Sequence record: KX397373.1
Direction: 5' to 3' (one strand)
Length of the DNA: 64,000 nt
Part shown: in pieces, positions 19,549 through 30,000 of the stretch
Layout of the letters: each line of letters begins with the position of its first letter
How positions within the stretch are numbered: position 1 is the stretch's first letter
Notes under the pieces: model-generated
Seen by the model: only the letters and a program-made list of their open reading frames with translations
What the model was told of the DNA's origin: nothing
Database searches by the model: none
Translations under genes and position numbers: made by a program

Positions 19549-19755
19549 TTATCGGTTCCCCGCTCCGTGACTACAACCACCGCTACATGTCCAGCTACAA
19601 GACCCGCCGCAGTTATAGTGCGATAACGGTAACCCAGCAAGGTTGTTAGTCGTACTAACCGTCCCCTGGGTTGCGATGAACGAGTTAGCGTCCGCCGTCT
19701 TGATATAGCCTTCCACTTGCACCATTTTGTCACGGATGTTTTTGAGTGAAATCAC
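19549..19755 (-). CDS. Short Cys-rich precursor-like peptide P3 (4 Cys)
   Basis: GTG start after GGGGG RBS. ISLKNIRDKM leader and HYNCGGSCSWTCSGGC core are homologous to P1 and P2. Confidence 0.8.
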   Translation of the reverse strand: MISLKNIRDKMVQVEGYIKTADANSFIATQGTVSTTNNLAGLPLSHYNCGGSCSWTCSGGCSHGAGNR

Positions 19756-19799
19756 ACTAACCCCCAAATTTGTAAAAAGTTAACTGGGAGACGAGGGCG

Positions 19800-20198
19800 T
19801 TACCGCGTTGGCCCGGAACAACCGGAACAACCAGAGCAGCTTGAGGAACATGAAGAAGAACAACCTGTTGAACACGTTCCTGAACAGCCGTTTGCACAGC
19901 CTCCTGAACATGCACCCGAACAGCCCGTACAGGTCGAAGAACAACCCGAAGTACAGCTGGACGAACAACTTGCCCCACACGTTCCCGACGCAGAACCTGA
20001 GCACCCGCCGGAACACGACGAACATGTCCAGCTACAGGTACCGCCACAATCATAATGCGCACGCGGCTGGCCGCCAAACAACGTCGAGTTGTTCGTGGCT
20101 TTATTGCGAATATAGGTCTGCACCCCTGCCGCGTTTTTCAATGCGGTATTATCAATACTATTCAGACGGTTCTGAATATCTTTTAGGTTGATAGCCAT
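19800..20198 (-). CDS. CX2-3-repeat precursor-like peptide P2 (132 aa, 20 Cys)
   Basis: AGGAG RBS, ATG 20198. MAINLKDIQNRL leader; HYDCGGTCSWTC then a Ser/Gly/Thr-Cys repeat. Confidence 0.88.
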   Translation of the reverse strand: MAINLKDIQNRLNSIDNTALKNAAGVQTYIRNKATNNSTLFGGQPRAHYDCGGTCSWTCSSCSGGCSGSASGTCGASCSSSCTSGCSSTCTGCSGACSGGCANGCSGTCSTGCSSSCSSSCSGCSGCSGPTR

Positions 20199-20209
20199 GA
20201 TGTCTCCTA

Positions 20210-20593
20210 CTACGGCCCAGAGCAGCCAGAACAGCCCGTACAGCTCGATGAGCACGACCCCGAGCACCCGCTACATTTACCGGAGCACCCGCCGGAGCAA
20301 CTGCCTGAACAACCTGAGCAACCCGAACACCCGGTAGAACAACCACCCGTACAGCTGCCGGTACACGTCGACGTACACGTTCCCGAACAACTGGTACAAC
20401 TTGCCGAACACCCGTTAGAGCACGACCAGCTACACGTACCACCACAATCTAATTGACCCGGTGTCCAACCCGCAAAGCGCTCTTGCGCGTTATACGCTTG
20501 CGAGGCAACTTGCGCATCAACGCGAGGTCCGGTGGCGACATTGGCTTCCACTATTTGCAGGCGGTCGCGTATGTTTTTAAGTGAGATTGCCAT
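20210..20593 (-). CDS. CX2-3-repeat precursor-like peptide P1 (127 aa, 21 Cys)
   Basis: AAGGA RBS. MAISLKNIRDRL leader; DCGGTCSWSC then a Ser/Gly/Thr-Cys repeat. Confidence 0.88.
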   Translation of the reverse strand: MAISLKNIRDRLQIVEANVATGPRVDAQVASQAYNAQERFAGWTPGQLDCGGTCSWSCSNGCSASCTSCSGTCTSTCTGSCTGGCSTGCSGCSGCSGSCSGGCSGKCSGCSGSCSSSCTGCSGCSGP

Positions 20594-20610
20594 ACGTTTC
20601 CTTTAAGAAT

Positions 20611-20644
20611 AAAAAAGAGGACACTGCCATAAAGACAGGTCCTC
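20611..20644 (-). terminator. Terminator-like hairpin between the fibre gene and the first precursor
   Basis: Minus strand GAGGAC-CTG...CAG-T-GTCCTC followed by TTTTTT. Confidence 0.55.
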
Positions 20645-20659
20645 GTGTTTTTAAAAAGT

Positions 20660-21859
20660 TTAGCGTGTACCAGCTTCTGCTTGTACGTCGTCGCGAGTCG
20701 TGAGACTGTTGTTGACGTGAACCGCAGCTTGCACCACACCACCGTACGTCTTGTGGAGGTAGTTCGGGTGTGGGTTGTCCGCTGCAACGTGGTTCGCCAG
20801 GTTCTGGTTTGCCTGCGAGATAGCGTTGGTATTGTTCGTGATGCGGGTGTTCTGCGCGGTAATCTGGGCTTGCAGGTTATCAATCTTCTGTTGGAAGTCT
20901 TGACCTTGCGATTCCAAATCACCGACACGCTGCGTTAACGCGTTCAGGGCAGACTGCAAATCATTGACAGCTTTCTGCAACTGCAACACCAGGGAGTTGA
21001 GGTTCGCCAAGGCGAGCGACATCTTCTGGTAGTTCTGCGCCACGGTGTTCAGCTGGTCATTCCATGCCACCAGAGATTGCACCACTGCATCGATACGGGC
21101 TCCCAGTGCAGTATCGGCGGTTTTCAGTGAAGCAATTTCTTTTAAGGTGTCATCAATCTGCGTTTGAACCGCGGCAATCAGTGCACGAATCTCGGTTTCT
21201 GTCAGACCGTTGATCTGGTGAATATTGAGACTGTGGACGTTGCCTTGTGCATTAACGTGCGCATTCAACGCATCAAGGAAGTCTTGTTTCAGACCGTCGA
21301 TGATACCTTTGATTTGTTCGAGCTGTACCGCCGACCCGGAGTTAATCGCGTCTTTGATGCCCGACAGTACCGTGATGATAAACTCGAACCCGTAGATGTC
21401 ACCCACGTCTTTAAACGTAGGTGCTGACGGGAACGTATCCGGAACGTTACGCAAGTCTTTGAAATCAACCGTGCGGTCTTCCAGTTTCAGCTCTGCAATC
21501 GCCTGAGTAATGGCAACAACGTTTGCTGACTGTGGACCACCGATGACCTGAGCCGAGATAGTGATGTCGGTTGGAATAGCAGAGTTGGTGACCACCACCC
21601 CCATCAGGATTTCTTGGTTCTTGGTAAGCTTCTCGTACGCCGGGTGAGCGAAGATCAGCTCATAGTCCGTCCCACGTTTATAGAAGGTACCGGGTTTGTT
21701 CGTTGCAGCCAGACGAAACGACTCCGCGTAAAACGGCCCGTCTGGGAATGCAAAGGCCCGGTTAACCTTACCGGAACCTAACGTAACGCGTCGTGTGACT
21801 GCGTTCGACGTCAGTGTCCCCTTTAGGTCAAACGGGTACTGATATACAATAGCGGCCAT
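20660..21859 (-). CDS. Tail fibre/baseplate-associated protein with a long C-terminal coiled coil
   Basis: AAGGAG RBS, ATG 21859. YPFD..G N-terminus, GPFY, G.DY.L, DLRNVPDTFP, heptad region, H....NPH motif. Confidence 0.75.
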   Translation of the reverse strand: MAAIVYQYPFDLKGTLTSNAVTRRVTLGSGKVNRAFAFPDGPFYAESFRLAATNKPGTFYKRGTDYELIFAHPAYEKLTKNQEILMGVVVTNSAIPTDITISAQVIGGPQSANVVAITQAIAELKLEDRTVDFKDLRNVPDTFPSAPTFKDVGDIYGFEFIITVLSGIKDAINSGSAVQLEQIKGIIDGLKQDFLDALNAHVNAQGNVHSLNIHQINGLTETEIRALIAAVQTQIDDTLKEIASLKTADTALGARIDAVVQSLVAWNDQLNTVAQNYQKMSLALANLNSLVLQLQKAVNDLQSALNALTQRVGDLESQGQDFQQKIDNLQAQITAQNTRITNNTNAISQANQNLANHVAADNPHPNYLHKTYGGVVQAAVHVNNSLTTRDDVQAEAGTR

Positions 21860-21902
21860 AGCCAAACTCCTTTGATTGGGGCGTCCGTGCCCCACAGCGC
21901 TG

Positions 21903-24900
21903 TTAAGACTTGAACATAAGATTGACCTGAATCTCGTCCAAGTCAACCAGCGAGTTACCTCCAGCGTATTCACAGGCCACTGTCAGAGTCAGCGTTCCGG
22001 AATTGTAACTGGCAACAAACGGAGGGTTCAGCGCATCTTTCCCGGTGTTCAGTACCACCGCCGGTTCAGAAGGCAGATTCGGGATGACCAGCTCACGCGC
22101 TACCCGCACCACACCAAAGCTCGATGTCAAATCGCTCAATGCATACAGCATGAACGGGGTATCAACATCGGTCTGTCGGAAGACGGTGCCGGTACTGTCG
22201 TCCACCACCTGTATCGCCAACATCTTCGTCTTCAGTGTTTGATACTGAGCCGCGGTCAGTTGCGCAGACAAAGTGGCCACAAACTCCACCCCAGCCGGAA
22301 GTCCTGAGCCGGTGACATTCACGAGGTCAGGACCCGTTGCAAACGGTATCTCCGCAGCGGACGGATTCACCCCGGACGTCAGGCAATACCAGAACATCGG
22401 GATACCGTTCGGTACCGCGTAACGCAGGCTAATCTGGCGAGCCGGATCACCAATATTCCCCGGCACCGTAAAACGCAACCTGGCCACCGCCATGTAGGTT
22501 TCCCCGGCGACGTGCGGCACAGACTCAGCACCGATCCACTTCATGTTAAAACTGGCCGCGCGGGCATTGTCTGCCGTTACGGCGGCCGTCTCAACCGGAG
22601 GTTTCAACCAGAAGCGCTCAGAGACATTCACCAGGTCTTGCCACCGCGTGGCACCAAACCCGCTATAGCGTTTCTGGATAGGGAGCGCAGGACGAGTTTG
22701 TCGTGTAATCCCTTTGGACAGCTCTTGTCCATCGGCATACCCGGCAGTGCCCGAGCCCGGTGTCGCTAACGGCACTTTGCTCAGTTGCGCCATTGACCCG
22801 ATACGGGCTTCACGGGCAGCGGACACATCGTGACGGTTAGCGACCGCAGCGTGCTCTACCAACTGCTTGACGTTACCGAAACGTTTCACCTTATCAAACG
22901 TCGACAGGGTAATGCGTTCGCTGTCCGTCACAACCGTACCGATATACAGCTGGGTATCGCTGTCCGGTTCCTGTTGCTCCAGCAGGCGGTATTGCGGAAC
23001 CCCGTTGACCAGCGCAGCGTGCATGTAGAACGTGCGGTTCTGGTAGTTAGTTGGGTACAAGTCACGGATATCGGAACTGTATTCGCCCAACGTGTAGTAC
23101 GCTGAACCGAATCGCAGCAACTCCTGTTCCGTGATGTACAGCGCCCAACCTTCCGCAGTCTTCGTCCCGGCGAGGATGTTATCCTCAGGTGTCCCGGTAC
23201 GGAAATTGCGGACGGTGTTCTTGTAGACACTGGCGGCAAAGTACAACCCATTAAACAACCATTTGGTCATCCCGATATAACCGGTCTCTGGCATCACCAC
23301 AATGTCGACTTCATTCGAAGACGGGTTCATGGAAATGAGCGAGTTCGTCCAGCCCCCGAAAGTCGTATCACACGACAACAGGAAAGAACGCCAGCGACTG
23401 TCTCCAACCACCCCCATTCGGTACAACGCCCCCAGGAACAACACATAGCCGTCGTCACGCTGAATCAACTTCGAGTTGGTGTACTGGTCGTGTGCCAAAG
23501 AGATACCGGCATCCGGGTCGCGGTAGTTCTCGACCACCGGTGACAACATCGTGGTACCCAACTGCACGTTCCCGTTGGTCACCGACATCGGCAGTTTCCA
23601 CACCCAGGTAAAGGTGTGGGTTACCAGCCGACTGGTGTTGTCCCACATGCGCACAGACGCCATGGCGAATGCCGCATTTAACCCACCGACATCGAACACT
23701 TGCAGCTTGGTTAATGTTTGCACGACCAACTCGTCGTTCCACACCGGCACCGCTGCTGCAATCGCCGCATTCAATGCTGCCCAGGTCGCATCCGATACCG
23801 TGATACGATCTGCGGTAAAGGTGGACGTCCCGGTCACGGTCTTGTACGGGAAAGACCCTGCCTCGGTAATAACACGACCGTTGATGTACAGTTGGCCATC
23901 TTTCCAGATATTCGGCGAAGACAGCAAGGTTCGGTAGTCAGGGTCGGTCACCGCGATACGCGCATTGTCTGGCCCCCAGCCCGGATAGTCCGGGAAGTAG
24001 CGAGACGATTGGGTATAACGGAGCTGGATAACCTCTGCGGCCACATTGAGGTGTCGCATCAATACCGTGTTGGCAGTCCCACCGAGGTGGATAAGGCCAC
24101 GCATGTATTGCTGGTACACCGACCCTACTGCACCACCCACGGTGGCGTTTGCGGTTTCGATAAGCGTTGTGCTGCTACCGAGTAAATCGTACAAACTCGT
24201 GTTCGGTGCTGGACTGATACCGATACGTGGCGGGTTGTTTGAATAAACGTCACAGAAGGAGTTCATCAACAACCCTGAGGACAGGAAGACCCTGTTCGTC
24301 AGCGCCACACCTTTGTTACGGTTGGTCACCGAGGGCAGAGGCTGGGCATTTGGGAACTCAATCTTGTTCTCGGTTAATGCGATCGGGAAGATTTTGTTCT
24401 CAAGCGTCAATAACCAGTTCTCCGTGTTAAGGGAGAGTGATACCGACCAGGCATCTGTCCACTGTGCCGAGGTATTATCGGAGAAGTACCCGTGCATCTC
24501 TGCACGCAACCGCACCATGTTCACCTGTGAGGCTGAATAAAACGAAGGGAGGTAGTTAACCGCATTCCCGTTCGGCCAACGGGCTTTCCCCTCCGCGGTA
24601 CGGTAGGCCAGGAACTTGGTTGTGGCATCGTCGCCATAACCGCCTTCTTGTACAATCAGCGCCACGTCGCCGTCTTTGTCTGGGTAATTGAAATTAATTA
24701 CCGGGATAGTCGAACTGTTTTTACTGCGCAGTTCGCTCAGACTGATACTCCAACCGCCAACAGTAAAGCGGGTGTTGTTGACAATAGACATCAACACAAC
24801 CACACGACCTTTGGTCACCGTCACTGTCGAATACTGACGATAATCTTTAAAGGCGAGGGTACTGCCGTTCGACCGGACACAGTCGGGCAGAGTGATCTGG

Positions 24901-26933
24901 TACACGTCGTTGTGGGTCGCGTAGTTCATCGTCCCGTTGAACAACACCAGATAGAACAACCCGTCGCTCGCCTCAAAGATACCGGCATCAGAATCCCCCA
25001 CCACTACACGCGTCAATACCACACCAGGGAATTTACTCATCCCAGCTGGATGGTACGGGAACGTCGTGGGGTAGTTCTTCAGGAAATTATTAGACCCCCC
25101 GATAGACGCATACCAGTAATAGACCCGGCGGGTGTCTTCTGGCCCATCGCTGCCGTTACGCAGCACATAGACGTTACCGCCTTCGTAACGGGCAACCGCC
25201 CAGTTATTGGAACGATCGTAACCAAAGCCCGCGTAGTTACTGACGGTAGGAATAGGCAGGAAACTCGGGTTACCGTATTCCGCGCCCCCGACTGTCCAGG
25301 ATGGCAGTAAAGTGTTCACCTTCTCATTCAGCGACTTGATAGACTGGTCGATAGCGTACCCCTGTTTCGAGGTCACCATCTTATCATCGGTCGAGTCAAT
25401 CGCATCCCACAGTTTCACCAGACCACTGACAGACGTTGACCCGTACGGGACGTTGTCCAAATCAGCGAGGGTATGCGTGTGGTCTGTTTTTGCCTTACTC
25501 GCCAATGCCGCAGTTAGTGCTTTAGTAACCGGCTTCTCTAACGGGGCAGTGTTGTCCATTTTGTCGATACCGAAATCGGTTTTCGTCAAGGTCAACACTT
25601 GTTTCCCATCAGACCCTTTCACAAACTTCTTGCCGTTGATGCTGTAAGTGTCATCAACGTACAAGTCCAGTTTGTTTTTCAGGTCATTCACCGCCTTCTG
25701 CGAAATAGCAGCACCGGTGGCTACTGAGTTCGAGATATTGGTGATAGAGAACAGACCCGCTACCGCCGTCGTTGCGGTAGGCAGTTCCACGTTCATGTAC
25801 ACCCGGTTGGTGTCTTTCCCGCTACCGTAAATCTTGAGTGTGTCGCTCGATTTAAAGTAGGCGTTCGCCGGTAACAGTTTCACCGAGGTCAGATACATCC
25901 CGACCATCTCCGGCGTCACCAGATACACAGAGTTAAACACCGGGGCCAAGACATCGGCTGCTGCACCGGAGTGTACCCAGAGGGTATTCAGACCCGCAGA
26001 GAACTCTACCCCGATACCAGGGTCGTTGTTGTCCTGGTCAGCTTTCAAGACCAGCGGTTTCGGCGAGGTAATAATGAACTTCTCGCCCTTCATGCTGATC
26101 AGGTGACCTGCGGTGGTCTGGAAAGTAATCGCGTCGTTGTTCAGAACACGCAGACGTCCCAGTAAATCCCCCAGGGTGTTGTCCATCAACAGGTCAACGT
26201 GCGCCTGTGAGATGCCCGAGGTGGACATCAACGTCACCAGCTCTGCCAAGGTACGGCCGAAGGCTTTCGTCGCGTCTACGGCCTTCCCAACGACCGGGAG
26301 CGCCCCTACGTCAGCGGTGGTGTAACCGTGGGCATTACTTTTCAGGTGGTGCTGGTACATCTCCTGCTCGAACACGGTGTTACCGTTCTGGTAAATCATG
26401 TCGGTCAGTTCAGTAAAGGCACCGTCCAGCTCACTGGCACGCTCGAGGATACCCAGACGAATATCTTCCAGCGCTTTCACCACTTCATCACGCAGAATCG
26501 CCTCATCCAGATTCTCTGGTGGGTCGATAGGTGAGATAACCGGGGCATACTTCATTAACTCTGACCAATCCACGTTACGCGGATCAGGCAAGTCGGTTTT
26601 CACCAGGTACTTACCAATCTCTGACTGAGGCAGGCGATATTGACGCCCCACGGCCAGGAACTCGTAATCCACTTCGGAGGCAGTCAGTAGGATGAAGCCC
26701 CCGTAGATTTGGTCTTGCTCAGCTTCGGCCAGCTCTTTGAAATAGTAACCGAGATAGTAATCCAGACCCTCAATCAGGGTGCGTTTACCGCCGGGTGCTA
26801 TTGCATCCTTAACGGTGAGTTTCAGACCAATGCGGTAGAAAGGCCCTTCGGCAGGAATCACCGCATTGTATTTGTTCGGGTACGTTGCGGTCTTAAGCGT
26901 ACCGTTAAACTGCGCCGCATCTTCTCTCGGCAT
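21903..26933 (-). CDS. Large tail fibre protein (about 1676 aa)
   Basis: AGGAG RBS, ATG 26933. Fibre-repeat motifs ATTAVAGL, STSVSGLVKL, HTHTLADL, GIDKMDNT..LEKPV. Confidence 0.8.
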   Translation of the reverse strand: MPREDAAQFNGTLKTATYPNKYNAVIPAEGPFYRIGLKLTVKDAIAPGGKRTLIEGLDYYLGYYFKELAEAEQDQIYGGFILLTASEVDYEFLAVGRQYRLPQSEIGKYLVKTDLPDPRNVDWSELMKYAPVISPIDPPENLDEAILRDEVVKALEDIRLGILERASELDGAFTELTDMIYQNGNTVFEQEMYQHHLKSNAHGYTTADVGALPVVGKAVDATKAFGRTLAELVTLMSTSGISQAHVDLLMDNTLGDLLGRLRVLNNDAITFQTTAGHLISMKGEKFIITSPKPLVLKADQDNNDPGIGVEFSAGLNTLWVHSGAAADVLAPVFNSVYLVTPEMVGMYLTSVKLLPANAYFKSSDTLKIYGSGKDTNRVYMNVELPTATTAVAGLFSITNISNSVATGAAISQKAVNDLKNKLDLYVDDTYSINGKKFVKGSDGKQVLTLTKTDFGIDKMDNTAPLEKPVTKALTAALASKAKTDHTHTLADLDNVPYGSTSVSGLVKLWDAIDSTDDKMVTSKQGYAIDQSIKSLNEKVNTLLPSWTVGGAEYGNPSFLPIPTVSNYAGFGYDRSNNWAVARYEGGNVYVLRNGSDGPEDTRRVYYWYASIGGSNNFLKNYPTTFPYHPAGMSKFPGVVLTRVVVGDSDAGIFEASDGLFYLVLFNGTMNYATHNDVYQITLPDCVRSNGSTLAFKDYRQYSTVTVTKGRVVVLMSIVNNTRFTVGGWSISLSELRSKNSSTIPVINFNYPDKDGDVALIVQEGGYGDDATTKFLAYRTAEGKARWPNGNAVNYLPSFYSASQVNMVRLRAEMHGYFSDNTSAQWTDAWSVSLSLNTENWLLTLENKIFPIALTENKIEFPNAQPLPSVTNRNKGVALTNRVFLSSGLLMNSFCDVYSNNPPRIGISPAPNTSLYDLLGSSTTLIETANATVGGAVGSVYQQYMRGLIHLGGTANTVLMRHLNVAAEVIQLRYTQSSRYFPDYPGWGPDNARIAVTDPDYRTLLSSPNIWKDGQLYINGRVITEAGSFPYKTVTGTSTFTADRITVSDATWAALNAAIAAAVPVWNDELVVQTLTKLQVFDVGGLNAAFAMASVRMWDNTSRLVTHTFTWVWKLPMSVTNGNVQLGTTMLSPVVENYRDPDAGISLAHDQYTNSKLIQRDDGYVLFLGALYRMGVVGDSRWRSFLLSCDTTFGGWTNSLISMNPSSNEVDIVVMPETGYIGMTKWLFNGLYFAASVYKNTVRNFRTGTPEDNILAGTKTAEGWALYITEQELLRFGSAYYTLGEYSSDIRDLYPTNYQNRTFYMHAALVNGVPQYRLLEQQEPDSDTQLYIGTVVTDSERITLSTFDKVKRFGNVKQLVEHAAVANRHDVSAAREARIGSMAQLSKVPLATPGSGTAGYADGQELSKGITRQTRPALPIQKRYSGFGATRWQDLVNVSERFWLKPPVETAAVTADNARAASFNMKWIGAESVPHVAGETYMAVARLRFTVPGNIGDPARQISLRYAVPNGIPMFWYCLTSGVNPSAAEIPFATGPDLVNVTGSGLPAGVEFVATLSAQLTAAQYQTLKTKMLAIQVVDDSTGTVFRQTDVDTPFMLYALSDLTSSFGVVRVARELVIPNLPSEPAVVLNTGKDALNPPFVASYNSGTLTLTVACEYAGGNSLVDLDEIQVNLMFKS

Positions 26934-26952
26934 TGCAAAGACTCCTACTTTG

Positions 26953-26989
26953 AAATAAAACGGATACCCCACCCCGGAGGGTGGGGTTA
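26953..26989 (-). terminator. Terminator-like hairpin between fibre genes
   Basis: ACCCCACCC / GGGTGGGGT stem with a T-rich tail on the minus strand. Confidence 0.6.
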
Positions 26990-27023
26990 CCTACGGACGC
27001 AAAACGTCCGCAGACGTTCCGTC

Positions 27024-30000
27024 CTAAGAGGACCACTCACCTAATGCGTTACCTGCCGCAGTCTGCTCACGCTTCAGCTCAGACAACACCCACAGCCAGG
27101 CTGTAGAAGTGAGATGGAAGGGGTTACGCTTCTCAGCCACGTACTGCGGGCTGGCGCTACGTAACTCCCACGCAGAGTCCGGCGTCAGTGTGGTGATGGT
27201 CGCCCCACTGCTGTCCAACACGTTTAAACTGAACGACAAGTTCAAAGACTCACCATTCACAGTGTCCGCAGGTTTAAACCACAGGTACACTGCTTGCCCG
27301 GCACAGATAACCGTTGCATCAACGGCCGCCGACGGCGAACCTGACTGCGCGGCCCAACTACGACCACTGCCCCCATCCACGATACGCGACCCCAAGATAA
27401 TCCCACCGGCCATAACTGGCCCAGTGATATTCCCAGTAATCTTCGCAATCGCTTTCGCGGTTGCTTTATCAGGACGCCAACACAACATCACCGGTTCGCG
27501 GAACCGCATCGGGGTTTTACCAGCTGCCGTCGCTTTCGCCACTGTCCAGTTAACCGGAAGTTTCCCTGCCGGGTACAGTAATGAACCGCGCTCGGCCCGT
27601 GAGGCATGGAACGGTAACCCCAGTTGTCCACGGTGTGAGATTTCGGCATTGCCTTGCCCACACGGCACGGACACCCATTCAGTCAATTCCCAGTTCACCG
27701 GTTCCCCATACGTTGTCGGGTCAACGACCTTTAACACATACTCGGAATCACGAGTGTTGTCTGTACGCCGTTCGATATTGGTATCGACGTAGGCTTCAAA
27801 CAAGGGGCGCAGGAACTGGTATTTGTCCAAATCGATTGCAGGGACGTTCGGGTTCATTAAGGCATGGCCCACACGCAAACGTTCACTAGGGGCAAGACCA
27901 TTGAACAGCACACCCACACCGTCACCCAGGAAGTACGAGAGTAAATCAAACGGCAGTTTAATCTCGACTTGTTGTTCACGCACCCCAGTAAAGCCAGGCT
28001 GACCACACAGGACAGACATACGCAAAATACCGGTAGTGACGTTATAACGGTAACGTACTGCCCAACGTGGGGAATACGTGCCGGTGAACGGCGCATTGGT
28101 TCCCAGGTCGACGTAGTCCAGGCAATCACCGGTTGCAATGGTGGTATCGGAAAGTTTGGTCACGGTAATTCCGCGCGTCACTTCCGTCAAGCCAATAACT
28201 GGGATGTTGCCACTGTTACGTACGTCATTCGCTTCTTGCGTCGTACGACTCAAATACCCGTAATGGCACTTGAAGTCTTTCAACGAAATGCGCAACACCT
28301 TACTGCTGCCCGGCATGGCGTTCTTCGCCGCAATCAGCACCAGGTACGGTTCTTCGGCATGAGCAACCGCTGCTGCCGTGTTCGCCACGTCAATGGTCAG
28401 CGTCCCTTCAAACGTCGGAGCGTTATTCTCTTTCGGGTTGAATGGGGTGAACCAACACATCGGGTGGTTACCGAGGGTTTCGAACCAGGCCAAAATATCC
28501 GATGAACCGTTACCGGTGTGGTACCAGTCAATCATTCCGCGGGTACCGAAGTACATATTGCTGAACGTGTTGTTGGAGTTGTTCTTCGTGATAGCATGGT
28601 TGTACGGTTCCGGCTGCACTTTACCCAACATCTTAAACCTCGGGTTATCACTGAACGCCCAGTCACTGGCTTTGGAGCCGTGGGCTTTGCGTATCGCGAT
28701 ATGATCGGAGATTTCATCCGACGGCCCGAAGTCGAAGGTAGTATTAAAGGTAAGTGTGCTGGCGGCACCCGGACTGTTAGGCAAGTCAACGTACCCGATG
28801 AGACCGCGCTCGATATCCAAGTCTTGCGAGAGGATAGGTTCGGCACGGGAATACAACGAGGTGGTCAACATGTTCACGTACAGGTAATGACGCAGCCCGC
28901 CCGGTTTGGTCACAAACTCTTGCAGGTGCTCCAGACGTGTCTCTGTCCCGGACGTATACAACGGATAGATGTCATCGTAGATGTCGAACTGCAAGGCAGC
29001 GGCTTTCGCAGGGTCGTTACACTCTGCTTTAATCGCGATGCAGTGCTCCTCAACACCCAACGGTGGTTCAGCCACGACATACAGCGGTGAGTTCCCCGTC
29101 GCAACTTGTTCCCCGTTCAGGTACACGGTGATTTTACCGCCACCGGCGATGTACATCTTAAAGGCACCGGTTGCTGATTTCAAACGCATCTTGGCGAGCA
29201 CAGACACCACGGACAGATTCCCCATCCCGGTAGCCGACTTACCGATTTGCTTCCCTTGAATGGCGATTGGTGGTTGTTCCGTCATCCCGGTAAAGGTCAA
29301 CCCCGCGCCGGTATTGATAACCCCGGTACCCCAGGTGTCTTCCATCTGGTTATCCGGAGAGAACCAGTTGAACATCGGCGTCGTCTGCAAATCAATCGAC
29401 CCGGATACCACACCCTCTTTGCGTGTCCCGTCTTGCAGATAGAAATATTTCAAATCTGTGACAGACATGCGGTAGGTGTTGAGTGTCCAGGTAGACGCAT
29501 TCACCGCGGTGAAGTCTGTGACGGTACCAGACTTCGCATTGGCAAGGGCGGCTGCCACCACCGCTAAGCGGTCAGACAACGCTTTCAACACCGACGGAGT
29601 CACGCCACGACCCGCAGCCAATCCAGCTTGGTTCTTGGAATAACGCCCAATCCCCTGGAGCTGTTGTGAGGCTTCGTAGATGTTCAGTTCCGACCAGTCA
29701 TGGTGGTGCCCGGTCGGGCTGAGGTCTGTAAGCGCTTCACTGAGGTCATCAGACAGCGGTTTGTCGGCATCGGGGATGTTGTTCGCATTCCCCAGTCCCA
29801 GGTCGGTCTTGGTCAGCGTACGACTACCATCGTCCATTGCTTTGTTGTTCAGCAAAGTCGATTTCAGCACGTACCCGCCCATGTCCGCTTCGTATCCCGT
29901 CAGTGAGTCAGGCGTTGCCGCCACTCCCGAGGTTTCTGTCCCTGGCCCTTTCTTCAGTTTGACCACACCTTTAACAGTAGTGGTCGCGTTCTGCGGCGTG

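Noticed and set aside
19800-20420. Repetitive DNA as CRISPR array or microsatellite
   Set aside because: No constant repeat with unique spacers. The periodicity follows the codon structure of the CX2-3 peptides.
19757-20445. Alternative-frame ORFs over the Cys-rich genes (19757-20077, 19780-20025, 19808-20191, 20158-20445)
   Set aside because: Shadows of low-complexity TGT/TCG/GGT repeats. The Cys frames have RBSs, paralogous leaders and fit the gene order.
19549-20593. Secreted bacteriocin interpretation
   Set aside because: Down-weighted rather than excluded. No double-glycine leader, transporter, protease or immunity gene is evident in the cluster, although release at lysis remains possible.
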